Shown: positions 49,335 through 58,511, counted from the stretch's first letter. The stretch: 64,000 nucleotides of DNA from Ignavibacteriota bacterium (GCA_963727825.1 CAVSHO010000007.1:192001-256000); one strand, 5' to 3'. Numbers and translations: made by a program. The notes: generated from the sequence alone by a model not told the origin.

Positions 49335-50070
49335 AACAAATATCTTTAAAGGAAGTAACGAGATTTGTCAGTGAAAATATTGGCGAATTCCATGAAAGCA
49401 GAGTTAACAGAATTAAAAAGGTCAAACTCAAACAAGTACTACAGAAAAAGAATCCATATTTATTTAAAGCAAAAAACCTCCTTACTGCAGAAAAGCTTGT
49501 TGAATCTATTCTTCAAGCATACCTTTCTTCATCGGAAGAAGAACTTTTCGGTGAGTTTCTTGAGAACCTTGCTATTTTTATTGCAAACAAAACGCTTGGT
49601 GGAAGAAAAGCCCATGGGTCTGGAATTGATTTAGAATTTGAACGTTCTAAAGTCGTATATCTTGTTTCTATAAAATCAGGTGTAAACTGGGGAAACAGTT
49701 CTCAATATAAAGCTCTTAGAGATAATTTTAAAAAGCTGTACAAATATTAAAACAATCAAGGTCGATCAAGACAGTTCAACCGGTGCTGGCATCTTGCTAT
49801 GGCAAGAAAAAAACAAAAGACAATGGGGAATATTTAAGCGTTTGTGGACAAGAATTTTGGTACTTCATTAGTGGTAATAAAAACCTTTACACCGACATTA
49901 TTGAACCACTCGGATACGAAGCCAAGCAACATAATCAACATTACGAAGAAGAACGTGCTGTTCTAATAAACAATTTCACCACAGAATTCTCAAAAGAATT
50001 TTGCGTTACTGGGAGAATTAATTGGAAAAAGCTAGTTCAATTTAATAGCGGCAATTTAGAAGTAGATTAA
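49331..50070 (+). CDS. Type II restriction endonuclease, EcoO109I/PmeII-like; frameshift near 49733
   Basis: KKNPYLF, SSSEE..FG.FLE.LAIF, GIDLEF..SIKSG.NWGNSSQ, CYG, CGQEFWYFISG. Overlaps the MTase stop (ATGA). Confidence 0.8.
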
Positions 50071-50257
50071 ATATTCTGTCTGTATATTGTTGCAGACAAA
50101 GAGAAAAGATCTAAACAAGTATCTAATAATTTCCCATAATATAGTTTTAAATATATTCATGCTATCCATGAAAAAATGGGATTATTGTATTCTACCAAGG
50201 TTAGTTTAATAAAAATGAGAAAAGAATTTTGCCTCTAAAAGAAAAGGAGAAATATTT

Positions 50258-50467
50258 ATGTCAACAACCGATAAAAATGAAGTAATTTATAGCATTAATA
50301 AAGAATGGCTTCAACTGGAGGCAGAAGAAAGGCTTTGTAGAGAATTAACGGAAGAAGAAATATTAATTGCAAAAGATTGCATCGAAGAAGGGATAAACAC
50401 GAGCATCGATATAATATTCTCTGCTGCGATACAACAGGCTATATCAATGAATGTCGATAAGTCTTAA
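50258..50467 (+). CDS. Small acidic hypothetical protein
   Basis: Strong AAGGAG SD, 69 aa. Confidence 0.6.
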   Translation: MSTTDKNEVIYSINKEWLQLEAEERLCRELTEEEILIAKDCIEEGINTSIDIIFSAAIQQAISMNVDKS

Positions 50468-50743
50468 TTTGAAATTGTATAATAAAAATTCAAGCAAACA
50501 AGTTTATTTGGTTTTTAAAAAGTGGGAATCGAACTACGTCCAGAAATTGATAATTACTTTTCCCGGTTCACATCAATACAATAATTTGAATTTCTAGGGA
50601 ATCTACGTCCGAAGACGATTAACCTTGCTCCCAAACTCAGTTTAAGCGTATGATGTAAATCCGACGTACGTCAGATTACGATAAAAACGTAGATCTCATA
50701 TTAGATATGGCACTCAAAAAGAAAAAAAGAGGATACAAAGATC

Positions 50744-51220
50744 ATGAAAGAATATACTTACGGCGGGGCGCGTGCGTTGGTTGCTTTGCACGAACAGCAC
50801 ATGCGCTCGTTTTTGGAAACATGGCGAAAGGCAAAAAAGGCGGGCGTTATACTGCCTCAAACGACCGATCCATCATACAAATCCATGGAGACTCTTTTAC
50901 GGCACCCGCTCAAATCATCGCGCGGGTACATAATCTGGATATGTCAGAAACTTGAACTGCCCGATCCGGGAATTGACCCTGTACCAGAATTGGAGCACAT
51001 AGAACATGCTGCAGATGCATTTCTCGCACATTTGCTGGAACGATGGGATTTGCCTTTGCGCGATGTTCCCGAAGAGCGTTTCTTCGACCGAACGTATGCC
51101 TCGAACTGGAAGACGGAGTACTGCATTGAAGCGATGCTCGAACATGCTGTTATGCACCCAATCCGGCATGAATTTCAACTCATTAACCTGATAAAATCAC
51201 TCGAGGGGAAGAAGAAATAA
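50744..51220 (+). CDS. DinB/YfiT-superfamily-like protein
   Basis: LLRH...W and C-terminal EHAVMHPIRH His pattern. Confidence 0.65.
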   Translation: MKEYTYGGARALVALHEQHMRSFLETWRKAKKAGVILPQTTDPSYKSMETLLRHPLKSSRGYIIWICQKLELPDPGIDPVPELEHIEHAADAFLAHLLERWDLPLRDVPEERFFDRTYASNWKTEYCIEAMLEHAVMHPIRHEFQLINLIKSLEGKKK

Positions 51221-51290
51221 CAGGCGAAGTGATTTTAAAGCCGCGATCGATGATAGCGGAGCAAAGTTTGAAAATGATAACGAATACAAT

Positions 51291-51344
51291 GCAGGGACGT
51301 ATAATTCTTGCCCACCATGTTTTGTGGCGGGATACGCCCTTACA
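51291..51344. repeat. Degenerate GTAG-family palindrome with a nested mini-hairpin
   Basis: GCAGGGACGTATAAT[TCTTGCCCACCATGTTTTGTGGCGGGA]TACGCCCTTACA, just upstream of RAYT1. Confidence 0.55.
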
Positions 51345-51359
51345 AAGGACCGAATATCA

Positions 51360-51932
51360 ATGAAGCGGAATACTACCATTCACCATCGTAAATCAATCCG
51401 GCTACAAGAGTTCGATTATTCTCAACCCGGCGGATATTTTGTTACGCTTTGTACACACGAAAAAGTTTGCGTGTTTGGTGATGTAGTAGAAGACGAGGTG
51501 CGGTTATCTTCCATAGGAATAATTGCCAAAAGGTGTTGGGATGAGATACCAAAGCATTTTCCGATGGCGGAATTGGATGAATATATTGTAATGCCAAATC
51601 ATATACATGGAATAATAGTATTAAATGATCATGGCAGGGACGGTCAATTGAACGGAATGAACAACACTGTAGGGGTTGAATATATTCAACCCCTACCAAC
51701 AAACTTTCAACATGTAATATCAAATTCATTGGGGTCGATTGTCCGTTCTTATAAAGCGGCGGTTTCGCGTGAATGCCGAAAACAAAATATATACGATTTC
51801 TCCTGGCAGCGTAATTACTATGACCATATTATTCGAGATGGCAAAGATCTCGATCGCATTTGCGAATATATTATTGAAAATCCCATAAAATGGTATCTCG
51901 ACGAAAATAATCCCAATCGACCAGCAGAATAA
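51360..51932 (+). CDS. REP-associated HUH tyrosine transposase (Y1_Tnp, RAYT-like) 1
   Basis: RKSIRL..FDYS..G.YFVTLCT, VMPNHIHG (HUH), WQRNYYDHIIR, EYIIENP..W (catalytic Tyr). Contains the palindrome at 51669-51696. Confidence 0.93.
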   Translation: MKRNTTIHHRKSIRLQEFDYSQPGGYFVTLCTHEKVCVFGDVVEDEVRLSSIGIIAKRCWDEIPKHFPMAELDEYIVMPNHIHGIIVLNDHGRDGQLNGMNNTVGVEYIQPLPTNFQHVISNSLGSIVRSYKAAVSRECRKQNIYDFSWQRNYYDHIIRDGKDLDRICEYIIENPIKWYLDENNPNRPAE

Positions 51933-52194
51933 ATTATTCCTCGATGACCAGTGATCACAGGTTGAATAAGACGAAGAAATTCCGTATCTTATTACAACAC
52001 ATCAACGAACCAATGATATTCAACTACGGAGTAACAGCATGGCAAATCCTATTACGCATTTCGTGCTCACACCTCAACAGTCTCAGGAAAAGGCATTAAT
52101 AGTAGAACAGATGCGGGCGAACCCTCGCGGCCCGTGGGTAAACGGCAAGCTGACGCGTTTGCCCAAGCAAAAAAGGAAAACATCCGGTAACAAG

Positions 52195-52224
52195 AAAAAA
52201 GAGGATTAATATCCTCTTTTTTTT
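52195..52224. terminator. Bidirectional terminator
   Basis: AAAAAAGAGGAT-TAAT-ATCCTCTTTTTT. Confidence 0.8.
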
Positions 52225-52331
52225 ATAGCTAAGAACTTCATTATAGCGCTTAACCCAGCGCTTGTGATTCATCCCGCCTAAAAAAGCACCACTCAAGCTT
52301 TAGCAAATTTCTCCTTCGGTTACTGCCATAC

Positions 52332-52434
52332 TCATTTTTCAAATGGCCATTCATGAATAATCCGGCTGCGGACGAGATACACAACTATGCCCGCTGTGAC
52401 AACACCGATGCCGGCTGTCATGAACGCGGTGCCC
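52332..52434 (-). repeat. Displaced duplicate of the permease 3' end (GTAFMTAGIGVV...HEWPFEK*)
   Basis: Matches 53052-53148, with 61 bp identical (52345-52405 vs 53059-53119). Confidence 0.92.
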
Positions 52435-52505
52435 GAATTTGTTGATAGCGAATTGGAAGATAATTATCTTGAGTAATAATAATTGTCCTGTCATCATTTT
52501 CCTCT

Positions 52506-53153
52506 ATGGCATTATACCAAAATACATATCGTATTGAATCTGCACGGCTGCAAACGTATGATTATGCGCAGGCAGGAGATTATTTTGTTACTCTCTGCGC
52601 TCATCGTCATAAATGCGTTTTTGGAGAGGTGCGGGGTGAAGAGATGCACCTCAATGAAATCGGAAAGATCGCTCAGCGTTGCTGGGAGGAAATTCCGAAG
52701 CATTTTCCAAACGTGGAATTGGACGCGTATGTTGTAATGCCCAATCATTTACATGGAATTATTATAATAAAAGATCATGGTAGAGACGTTCAATTGAACG
52801 TCTCTACAGAGGACGCGCTCGCGAACATTATACCTGATACAAATGCAGAATTATCGGAGAAAACACATGCATCAATCTCACCTTACAAGGGATCTCTTTC
52901 TGTTATCATCCGAACATTTAAAGCCGCGGTAACAACTCTCTGCCGGACGAACGGCTATCATCATCTCAGATGGCAATCACGATTCTATGATCACATTATT
53001 CGTGGTGATAAGGATATGGATAACGTGAGAAATTATATTCTACAGAAGCTGTTTAAACGGCCATTCATGAATAATCCGGCTGCGGACGAGATACACAACT
53101 ATGCCCGCTGTGACAACACAGATGCCGGCAGTCATGAACGCAGTACCTGTTGA
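52506..53153 (+). CDS. RAYT-like HUH transposase 2; native C-terminus lost after NYILQ and read-through into antisense permease sequence
   Basis: YRIESARL..YDY, VMPNHLHG, WQSRFYDHIIR, NYI. Contains the palindrome at 52780-52807. Confidence 0.88.
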   Translation: MALYQNTYRIESARLQTYDYAQAGDYFVTLCAHRHKCVFGEVRGEEMHLNEIGKIAQRCWEEIPKHFPNVELDAYVVMPNHLHGIIIIKDHGRDVQLNVSTEDALANIIPDTNAELSEKTHASISPYKGSLSVIIRTFKAAVTTLCRTNGYHHLRWQSRFYDHIIRGDKDMDNVRNYILQKLFKRPFMNNPAADEIHNYARCDNTDAGSHERSTC

Positions 53154-54401
53154 ATAAAATATTGCTCCCCACGTTACAAGCGCTAGCAGAGCGGGAAGAG
53201 GATAGAGCCACATCTTGAACGGCAATCGTTCCGATGGCCACCACCGCCGCAACAGCATCACACCGACTGCCTGACCAATGAACTGTACCAGTATCCGCAT
53301 TGCCAGGATTGCCTTAATCGCATCGGTGAGCTTAAACATCAAACTAAAAATGAACGCCATACTCCCTAATATGAGCAATGAAACATGAGGAAAATGTTTT
53401 GTCGGATGGAGGCGGGCGAACGGCGAGAAAAATGCACCATCGGCTGCAGCCGCATAGGGAACGCGGGAGTATCCGAGCAACGCTGAGAACAGTGATGCGA
53501 ATGCAATCCAGAGGATCAGAATAGTTGCGACCGCTGCGGCATGTCCTCCATAGATACGCTCGACAAATGTACTGACAATAAAAGGAGACTCTGCAATTTC
53601 CTTCCATGGAATTACACCTAGGATGCTCATCTGCATGGCGAGATATAATATAGCAATCCCCAGTATAGAAATAAAAATGCTTCGCGGAATATTTTTTTCT
53701 GGTGCTTTCACTTCTCCGCCGAGGTGGCATACATTGTAATAACCGAGATATGTATAAATGGTTTGCACCGTTGCTTGTCCAAGTCCTGCAAAGAATAAGA
53801 ATGAGAAATCCCACGCGCCAGCCGGAAAGTCAAAAGCCAGCCGCCGATCGAAGTGTGTTGTGCCTCCCCATATCAACCAGATAAACGTAAGCACCACACC
53901 TGTCCACAATAAGAGCGACAACCTGCCGATCGTGGTAATGCGCCTGTAGAGAAGAATCACAAGGATGATGACGAGCGCGCCGGAGATTGCTTTTTGCTCC
54001 AGCCCCGTGAGCGGTACAAGGTATGTAAAGTACTGTGCAAAACCGATGGCACCGGAAGCGACAACAAGCGGTGCCAGAAACATCGTCTGCCATATCAGAA
54101 GAAACGACATCGCTTTTCCCCAGCGCGCAGGACCGTACGATTCGCGCAGGAAGAAATAGCTGCCCCCGGCTTTGGGCATTGCGGCGCCAAGTTCCGACCA
54201 CACGAAGCCGTCCATCAATGCGAGTATTGCACCTGCTACCCACGCGATTATCGCCTGAGGGCCGCCCATGGTTTTTACAACGAAGGGGATAACAATGAAC
54301 GGGCCGATCCCCACCATATCGATCATGTTGAGCGCAGTGGCTTCCTTCAGGCCGAGACCACGCTCGAGATGCGCAGGAGTGTTATCGGATGATGATGACA
54401 T
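53040..54401 (-). CDS. APC-family amino acid permease
   Basis: MVGIGPF, SELG..P.AGG.Y, GGEVK.P.KNIP, SRVPYA; about 12 TM helices. Likely start at 54401. Confidence 0.93.
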   Translation of the reverse strand: MSSSSDNTPAHLERGLGLKEATALNMIDMVGIGPFIVIPFVVKTMGGPQAIIAWVAGAILALMDGFVWSELGAAMPKAGGSYFFLRESYGPARWGKAMSFLLIWQTMFLAPLVVASGAIGFAQYFTYLVPLTGLEQKAISGALVIILVILLYRRITTIGRLSLLLWTGVVLTFIWLIWGGTTHFDRRLAFDFPAGAWDFSFLFFAGLGQATVQTIYTYLGYYNVCHLGGEVKAPEKNIPRSIFISILGIAILYLAMQMSILGVIPWKEIAESPFIVSTFVERIYGGHAAAVATILILWIAFASLFSALLGYSRVPYAAAADGAFFSPFARLHPTKHFPHVSLLILGSMAFIFSLMFKLTDAIKAILAMRILVQFIGQAVGVMLLRRWWPSERLPFKMWLYPLPALLALVTWGAIFYSTGTAFMTAGICVVTAGIVVYLVRSRIIHEWPFKQLL

Positions 54402-54434
54402 CAGAATATTTTCTGTATAGGAATTGGCATTGAA

Positions 54435-54462
54435 GTAGGGGCGATTCATGAATCGCCCCTAC
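54435..54462. repeat. Solo 28-bp perfect GTAG palindrome (REP)
   Basis: GTAGGGGCGATTCATGAATCGCCCCTAC. Confidence 0.9.
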
Positions 54463-54496
54463 CAATGATCGCTGGAAAATTTACATCCAATAAAAA

Positions 54497-54937
54497 TTAC
54501 GCCGGGCGCGGTGACGAGATTGCCAGCTTGTACTCATCCGGATCCTTCAATCGGAACATGCGCGAACCCCAGGGCATGTCAGTAGGCTCGGTATCGAGAA
54601 CTCCGCCAAGCTCTTTGATCCGGTTTGCAATCTTATCAATATTCTGCTCTGTCGTGATGTTCAGCGAAAATCCCTCACCTTTGATCCGGGTCCATCCCTT
54701 GGCTCCGTCATCCTGGTTGATCGAGATTCGCGCGTTCCCGGCCTTGAGCGCTACCGATCTTAATTTACCATCACGCTCCATCTTGCGGTCAATAGTGAAT
54801 CCCAGCACATTGTTATACCATTCAAGGCTTTTACTGAGATCCTTCACCGTCAGTGAGATCGAGAATGTAACGGCATTGAATGACTCAGATTCGGCACGCT
54901 TGCCGGTGTTATCGGGGGTTGTTGAATTGGTGTTCAT
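54497..54937 (-). CDS. VOC/glyoxalase family protein
   Basis: LTVKDL.KS..WY..VLGF, P.DMPWG.R.F...DPD. Confidence 0.9.
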   Translation of the reverse strand: MNTNSTTPDNTGKRAESESFNAVTFSISLTVKDLSKSLEWYNNVLGFTIDRKMERDGKLRSVALKAGNARISINQDDGAKGWTRIKGEGFSLNITTEQNIDKIANRIKELGGVLDTEPTDMPWGSRMFRLKDPDEYKLAISSPRPA

Positions 54938-55035
54938 AAGATATCCTTTCTTTTGTACTGTAATAATTATAAAATCATTTTTAAAAATACAATTCTGTCT
55001 ATTTGACTTTGAAGATATACAATAACATTCCGCCG

Positions 55036-56052
55036 CTAAGATTTCTTTATACCGGTTAAAAGGCCTGTCCCGAATTGGGTCTTCATCTTGCTGATCTTTT
55101 TAAACCCGGCTTCCTCCATCCAACTACGCACCTCCGATTCCGTGAATGTATCGCCTTCACGAGTGCCAACCAGCATATTGAGCGAGAAGTACGCCCCTGC
55201 CGCAGGCGAGGTTCGGTCGTTGTTCATTATATAATCCAGTACTACCAGACGTCCATTTGGATTGAGGGCTTCATACGCCTTCCTGAACAATTGTTTATTT
55301 ATCTCCGCGGAGTTACTATGGATAATCGCAGACATAAATACGAGATCAAAACCATTTACCAGGGGATCTACTGTGTAATCACCTCCGACAACGCTGATGA
55401 GATTGCCGAGGTTCTCTGTTTCGATATAGCCTTTTGTCAGGTTTATAACATTCGGCAGATCAAAAACTACTGCAGTAATCCCTTTTCTTGCGCGAACGAA
55501 CGCCATTGAAAATACTCCGGATCCCCCTCCGACATCGAGGACACGTTTTACTCCTTTCAGGTTAATCAACTTGACGATAGCCGGAGCCTGATGAGTCGCC
55601 CGCATATGCATCGCTGCTATGAAAGCTTCTAACCAATTCACTCCGCCGCCGGCTGCAGGTTCGCGCACAACTACTGATGACCCTTTGCGCACGGCATTCG
55701 TAAGTGTACTCCAAGTGTTCCACAGGCTGACCTGATGCATGAGCCCTCCCAGGTAATCAGTTTTTCCTTTTACAAGGAAGCGTGATGTGAGTGGAGTATT
55801 TGAAAATTTCCCTTTCTTCTTGATGAGAAATCCGGAGGCACAAAGGGCATTCAGCAGCCTGTCGGTTGCCCGCGGGTTCGTTTGCGCCATCAGTGCAGTT
55901 TCTTCGGAAGATTTCCACTCACCGCCGAGGTAGGTAAAAAGATCGAGCTCGAAAGCAGTCAATAGAACCCTTGCCTCTCGAAATGCATAAACTGAATCCA
56001 GTATAGTTGAGGGAGAGAGGTCTGTTTTTTTTCCAGATGTGCGTTTTGTCAT
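55036..56052 (-). CDS. SAM-dependent O-methyltransferase (Methyltransf_2 plus dimerisation domain)
   Basis: AFELDLF N-terminal domain, LDVGGGSG, FDLP, GDY, IIH. Confidence 0.92.
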   Translation of the reverse strand: MTKRTSGKKTDLSPSTILDSVYAFREARVLLTAFELDLFTYLGGEWKSSEETALMAQTNPRATDRLLNALCASGFLIKKKGKFSNTPLTSRFLVKGKTDYLGGLMHQVSLWNTWSTLTNAVRKGSSVVVREPAAGGGVNWLEAFIAAMHMRATHQAPAIVKLINLKGVKRVLDVGGGSGVFSMAFVRARKGITAVVFDLPNVINLTKGYIETENLGNLISVVGGDYTVDPLVNGFDLVFMSAIIHSNSAEINKQLFRKAYEALNPNGRLVVLDYIMNNDRTSPAAGAYFSLNMLVGTREGDTFTESEVRSWMEEAGFKKISKMKTQFGTGLLTGIKKS

Positions 56053-56305
56053 GATTGCCTCATGCTTTCCGGATTTGTTTTATCAACATCTACTTGCATG
56101 TAATTTAACGTACTAATTCAGAAGAGCAGAAGCAATATTCTTACTATGACCTGCTCCATCAACTCGTCAATCTGATAAAATTATTCGATAGTGATAATTG
56201 AGCAAGATAGTCGTGCCAATGAAAAGATACAGGAATTGCCTGTATCAATCGAGATACAAGACGGCAACCATCAATAAATCATCTCTCAGATGAAAGGAGC
56301 ATCCC

Positions 56306-56884
56306 ATGCCTAGAATTATTTCAACTCTCATGTTTGCCGCGCTCGCGACACTGCTCGTGGCATTCACTTCGGCTCAGGAGAAAAAAACAGTTGAGCCTCC
56401 AAAGCCGGCGAAAAGTCCCTCTGAGGAGTTGTTGTGGGGGTGGAACGGTATCGGGGGAAAGCTGATCGCCATGGCGGAAGATTTTCCCGAAGATAAATAT
56501 AATTTCAAAGCTCAGAAGGATGAACGGACGTTTGGCGGTAATCTCCTGCACGTTGCAGCAGATTACTATTACATAATCAATGCTATCAAAGGATCAGAGG
56601 TGGGATACATCGGGAACGATGATTCTTTGCACAAAAAGTATTCGACGAAAGCAGACATTGTAAAATACTTGAAACAGGCAGTTGCTGACGGTGCAGAGCT
56701 GATCAAAGCACAAGGTGACAGTGGATTGGCACGCGAGTTTAAGTTGCCATGGGGCAATATAATGGTTCATTGTTCGTTTGGTTGGATGAGTACTATCGAG
56801 CACGCCGGCGAACATTATGGACAATTGGTAGTGTATTACCGTCTCAACGAAATGGTGCCACCTGCGTCCCGTCCGAGAAAGTAG
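56306..56884 (+). CDS. Secreted DinB-family protein
   Basis: Signal peptide, MAEDFPEDKYNF, RTFG..LLH, EHAGEHYGQLVVYYRL...PPAS. Confidence 0.88.
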   Translation: MPRIISTLMFAALATLLVAFTSAQEKKTVEPPKPAKSPSEELLWGWNGIGGKLIAMAEDFPEDKYNFKAQKDERTFGGNLLHVAADYYYIINAIKGSEVGYIGNDDSLHKKYSTKADIVKYLKQAVADGAELIKAQGDSGLAREFKLPWGNIMVHCSFGWMSTIEHAGEHYGQLVVYYRLNEMVPPASRPRK

Positions 56885-56897
56885 CATAGGTGAAATA

Positions 56898-57095
56898 TTG
56901 CGAGAAGTACTTCGGCTTCAACTCGATAACAAACCGGGTTCGTTTGCATTTGTCGTCTCACGTCTTGGTACGGCCGGTATTAACATTGATTACTGCTATG
57001 GCACAGTAGGCAAAGGACAAAAGGATGCAGCAGTCATACTCGATGTCGAAGATCTCGATCGCGCTATATCTGTCCTTGAAGGAGCTGGAAAGTAA
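56898..57095 (+). pseudogene. C-terminal ACT-domain fragment
   Basis: DNKPG.......L...GINIDY.Y is an ACT repeat. The first ACT repeat and a convincing start are missing. Confidence 0.55.
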
Positions 57096-57309
57096 AAAAG
57101 GAAAACTGCGATGGGCTTACCTGATATTTTTTTTAGCAGGTATTCGTATGAGCTAAGGCATAAACTGAAATTATCTGCCAAACAGCCCGTTATACATTTG
57201 TCTAGACCTATCTGGCGAAACCATTAGATTGCGAACTTTTTATTTAATGTGAATTCTCCTACAATAAAGGATAACTGCTTTTATTCTTGAATTATTCTTG
57301 GGATTTCGC

Positions 57310-57338
57310 TTGACTTTTTTTGTTCTTCTGGTTAATAT
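57310..57338 (+). promoter_or_regulatory. Putative sigma-70 promoter
   Basis: TTGACT-N17-TAATAT upstream of the lipoprotein-LysM pair. Confidence 0.5.
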
Positions 57339-57407
57339 ACATCAAGTATGGTATTGACTAATAAATTCCTTTATATAACAGGTCATAATCAGAAGGAGAA
57401 GAATACA

Positions 57408-57671
57408 ATGAAAAAGCCCTTCGCTCTCATATTAATTGGAAGCGCGATGGTGGCGGGTTCATTCGTTGGCTGCAGCAATAAACCTTCGGAAGAAGAAATG
57501 AAGCAGTTAAACGATTTGAAAGCAGAAGTAACGTCGCTTGAAAAAGGAATTGCAGCACAAGAATCTGAAAAAGCTGCTCTGCTGAAGTCGATTGCAGATA
57601 AGGATGCACAACTGGCACAATGCTCCAAAGATAAAGAAGCACTTCAACAGCGCCTTAAAGGCGGACAATAA
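57408..57671 (+). CDS. Small coiled-coil lipoprotein
   Basis: AAGGAG SD, lipobox FVGC, heptad repeats. Confidence 0.8.
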   Translation: MKKPFALILIGSAMVAGSFVGCSNKPSEEEMKQLNDLKAEVTSLEKGIAAQESEKAALLKSIADKDAQLAQCSKDKEALQQRLKGGQ

Positions 57672-57700
57672 ACGGATAGCACAACAAGGAGAATGAAAAA

Positions 57701-58462
57701 ATGAAATATTTAGTTCGTTTTACTGTCATTGCCGCGCTTGTGAGTGCATTCGTTTTCAGCTCGTTCGCGCAGGATCAAATGACAAAAGAAGAATGGCAGA
57801 AACAAATAACTGAAATGACTACCAAGCGGAATGATTTGAAAAATCAATTCGCTGGTCTGCAAAAAGAAGTTACTGATCTGCAAAAGCAAGATGCTGACAA
57901 AGCACAGGCATTAAAACAATGTCAGGATGCTCTGGCATCGTTACAAGGCAATCAGGTAGCTCCTTTGGTTGCGAAGGAGGATGCAATTGATGCACGTCTG
58001 AATGAATTATCACGTCTGTCAAATCAGGATCTATGGGCACGTAAAGCAGAGTTAGACAGTGTTCAAAATTGGATTAATGAAGCTCTGAAGGATCCAGTAA
58101 GCGCAATTCAAAAGTATCAAGAGCGCTTGAAGGATCAACAAAGCCGTCTTGATGCTTTAAAGAAGACTCTGGCTAATATTATTGCGACTGGTGAAGTAAT
58201 GCCGACCTACACAGTAGGTACTTGGGCAAAGGATCGAGACTGTTTATGGAATATTGCAAAGAAGCCAAAGATTTATGATAACCCATTCTTGTGGCCAAAG
58301 ATTTGGCAGGGTAATCGTGATCAGATTAAAAATCCTGACGTGATTAAAAAAGGTCAAAAGCTGAAAATTCCGCCAAAGGCAGATTTAACGAAGGAAGAAA
58401 AATCAGCTGTGCGTAAGTATTGGTCAAAGAAAAACGCAAAAGCGGCTGCAGCAAAACCATAA
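57701..58462 (+). CDS. Coiled-coil plus LysM peptidoglycan-binding protein
   Basis: YTV...DCLWNIA..IY..P.LWPKIW..N..QIKNPD.I..GQ.L.IP. Confidence 0.9.
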   Translation: MKYLVRFTVIAALVSAFVFSSFAQDQMTKEEWQKQITEMTTKRNDLKNQFAGLQKEVTDLQKQDADKAQALKQCQDALASLQGNQVAPLVAKEDAIDARLNELSRLSNQDLWARKAELDSVQNWINEALKDPVSAIQKYQERLKDQQSRLDALKKTLANIIATGEVMPTYTVGTWAKDRDCLWNIAKKPKIYDNPFLWPKIWQGNRDQIKNPDVIKKGQKLKIPPKADLTKEEKSAVRKYWSKKNAKAAAAKP

Positions 58463-58511
58463 CGAGATTGAATTACGCGCAATCTTGCGTGTTTATACGG
58501 AATTTGAAAAT

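Noticed and set aside
45127-51220. Classical integron cassette array
   Set aside because: No RYYYAAC...GTTRRRY attC structures recognised after the genes and no IntI gene.
52105-52170. c-di-GMP-I riboswitch (GGGCAAAC on the minus strand)
   Set aside because: Lacks the GNRA loop and the GACGCAAAGC/P2 elements.
56200-56222. Sigma-54 promoter on the minus strand (TGGCACG...TTGC)
   Set aside because: GG-to-GC spacing is 12 nt rather than 10.
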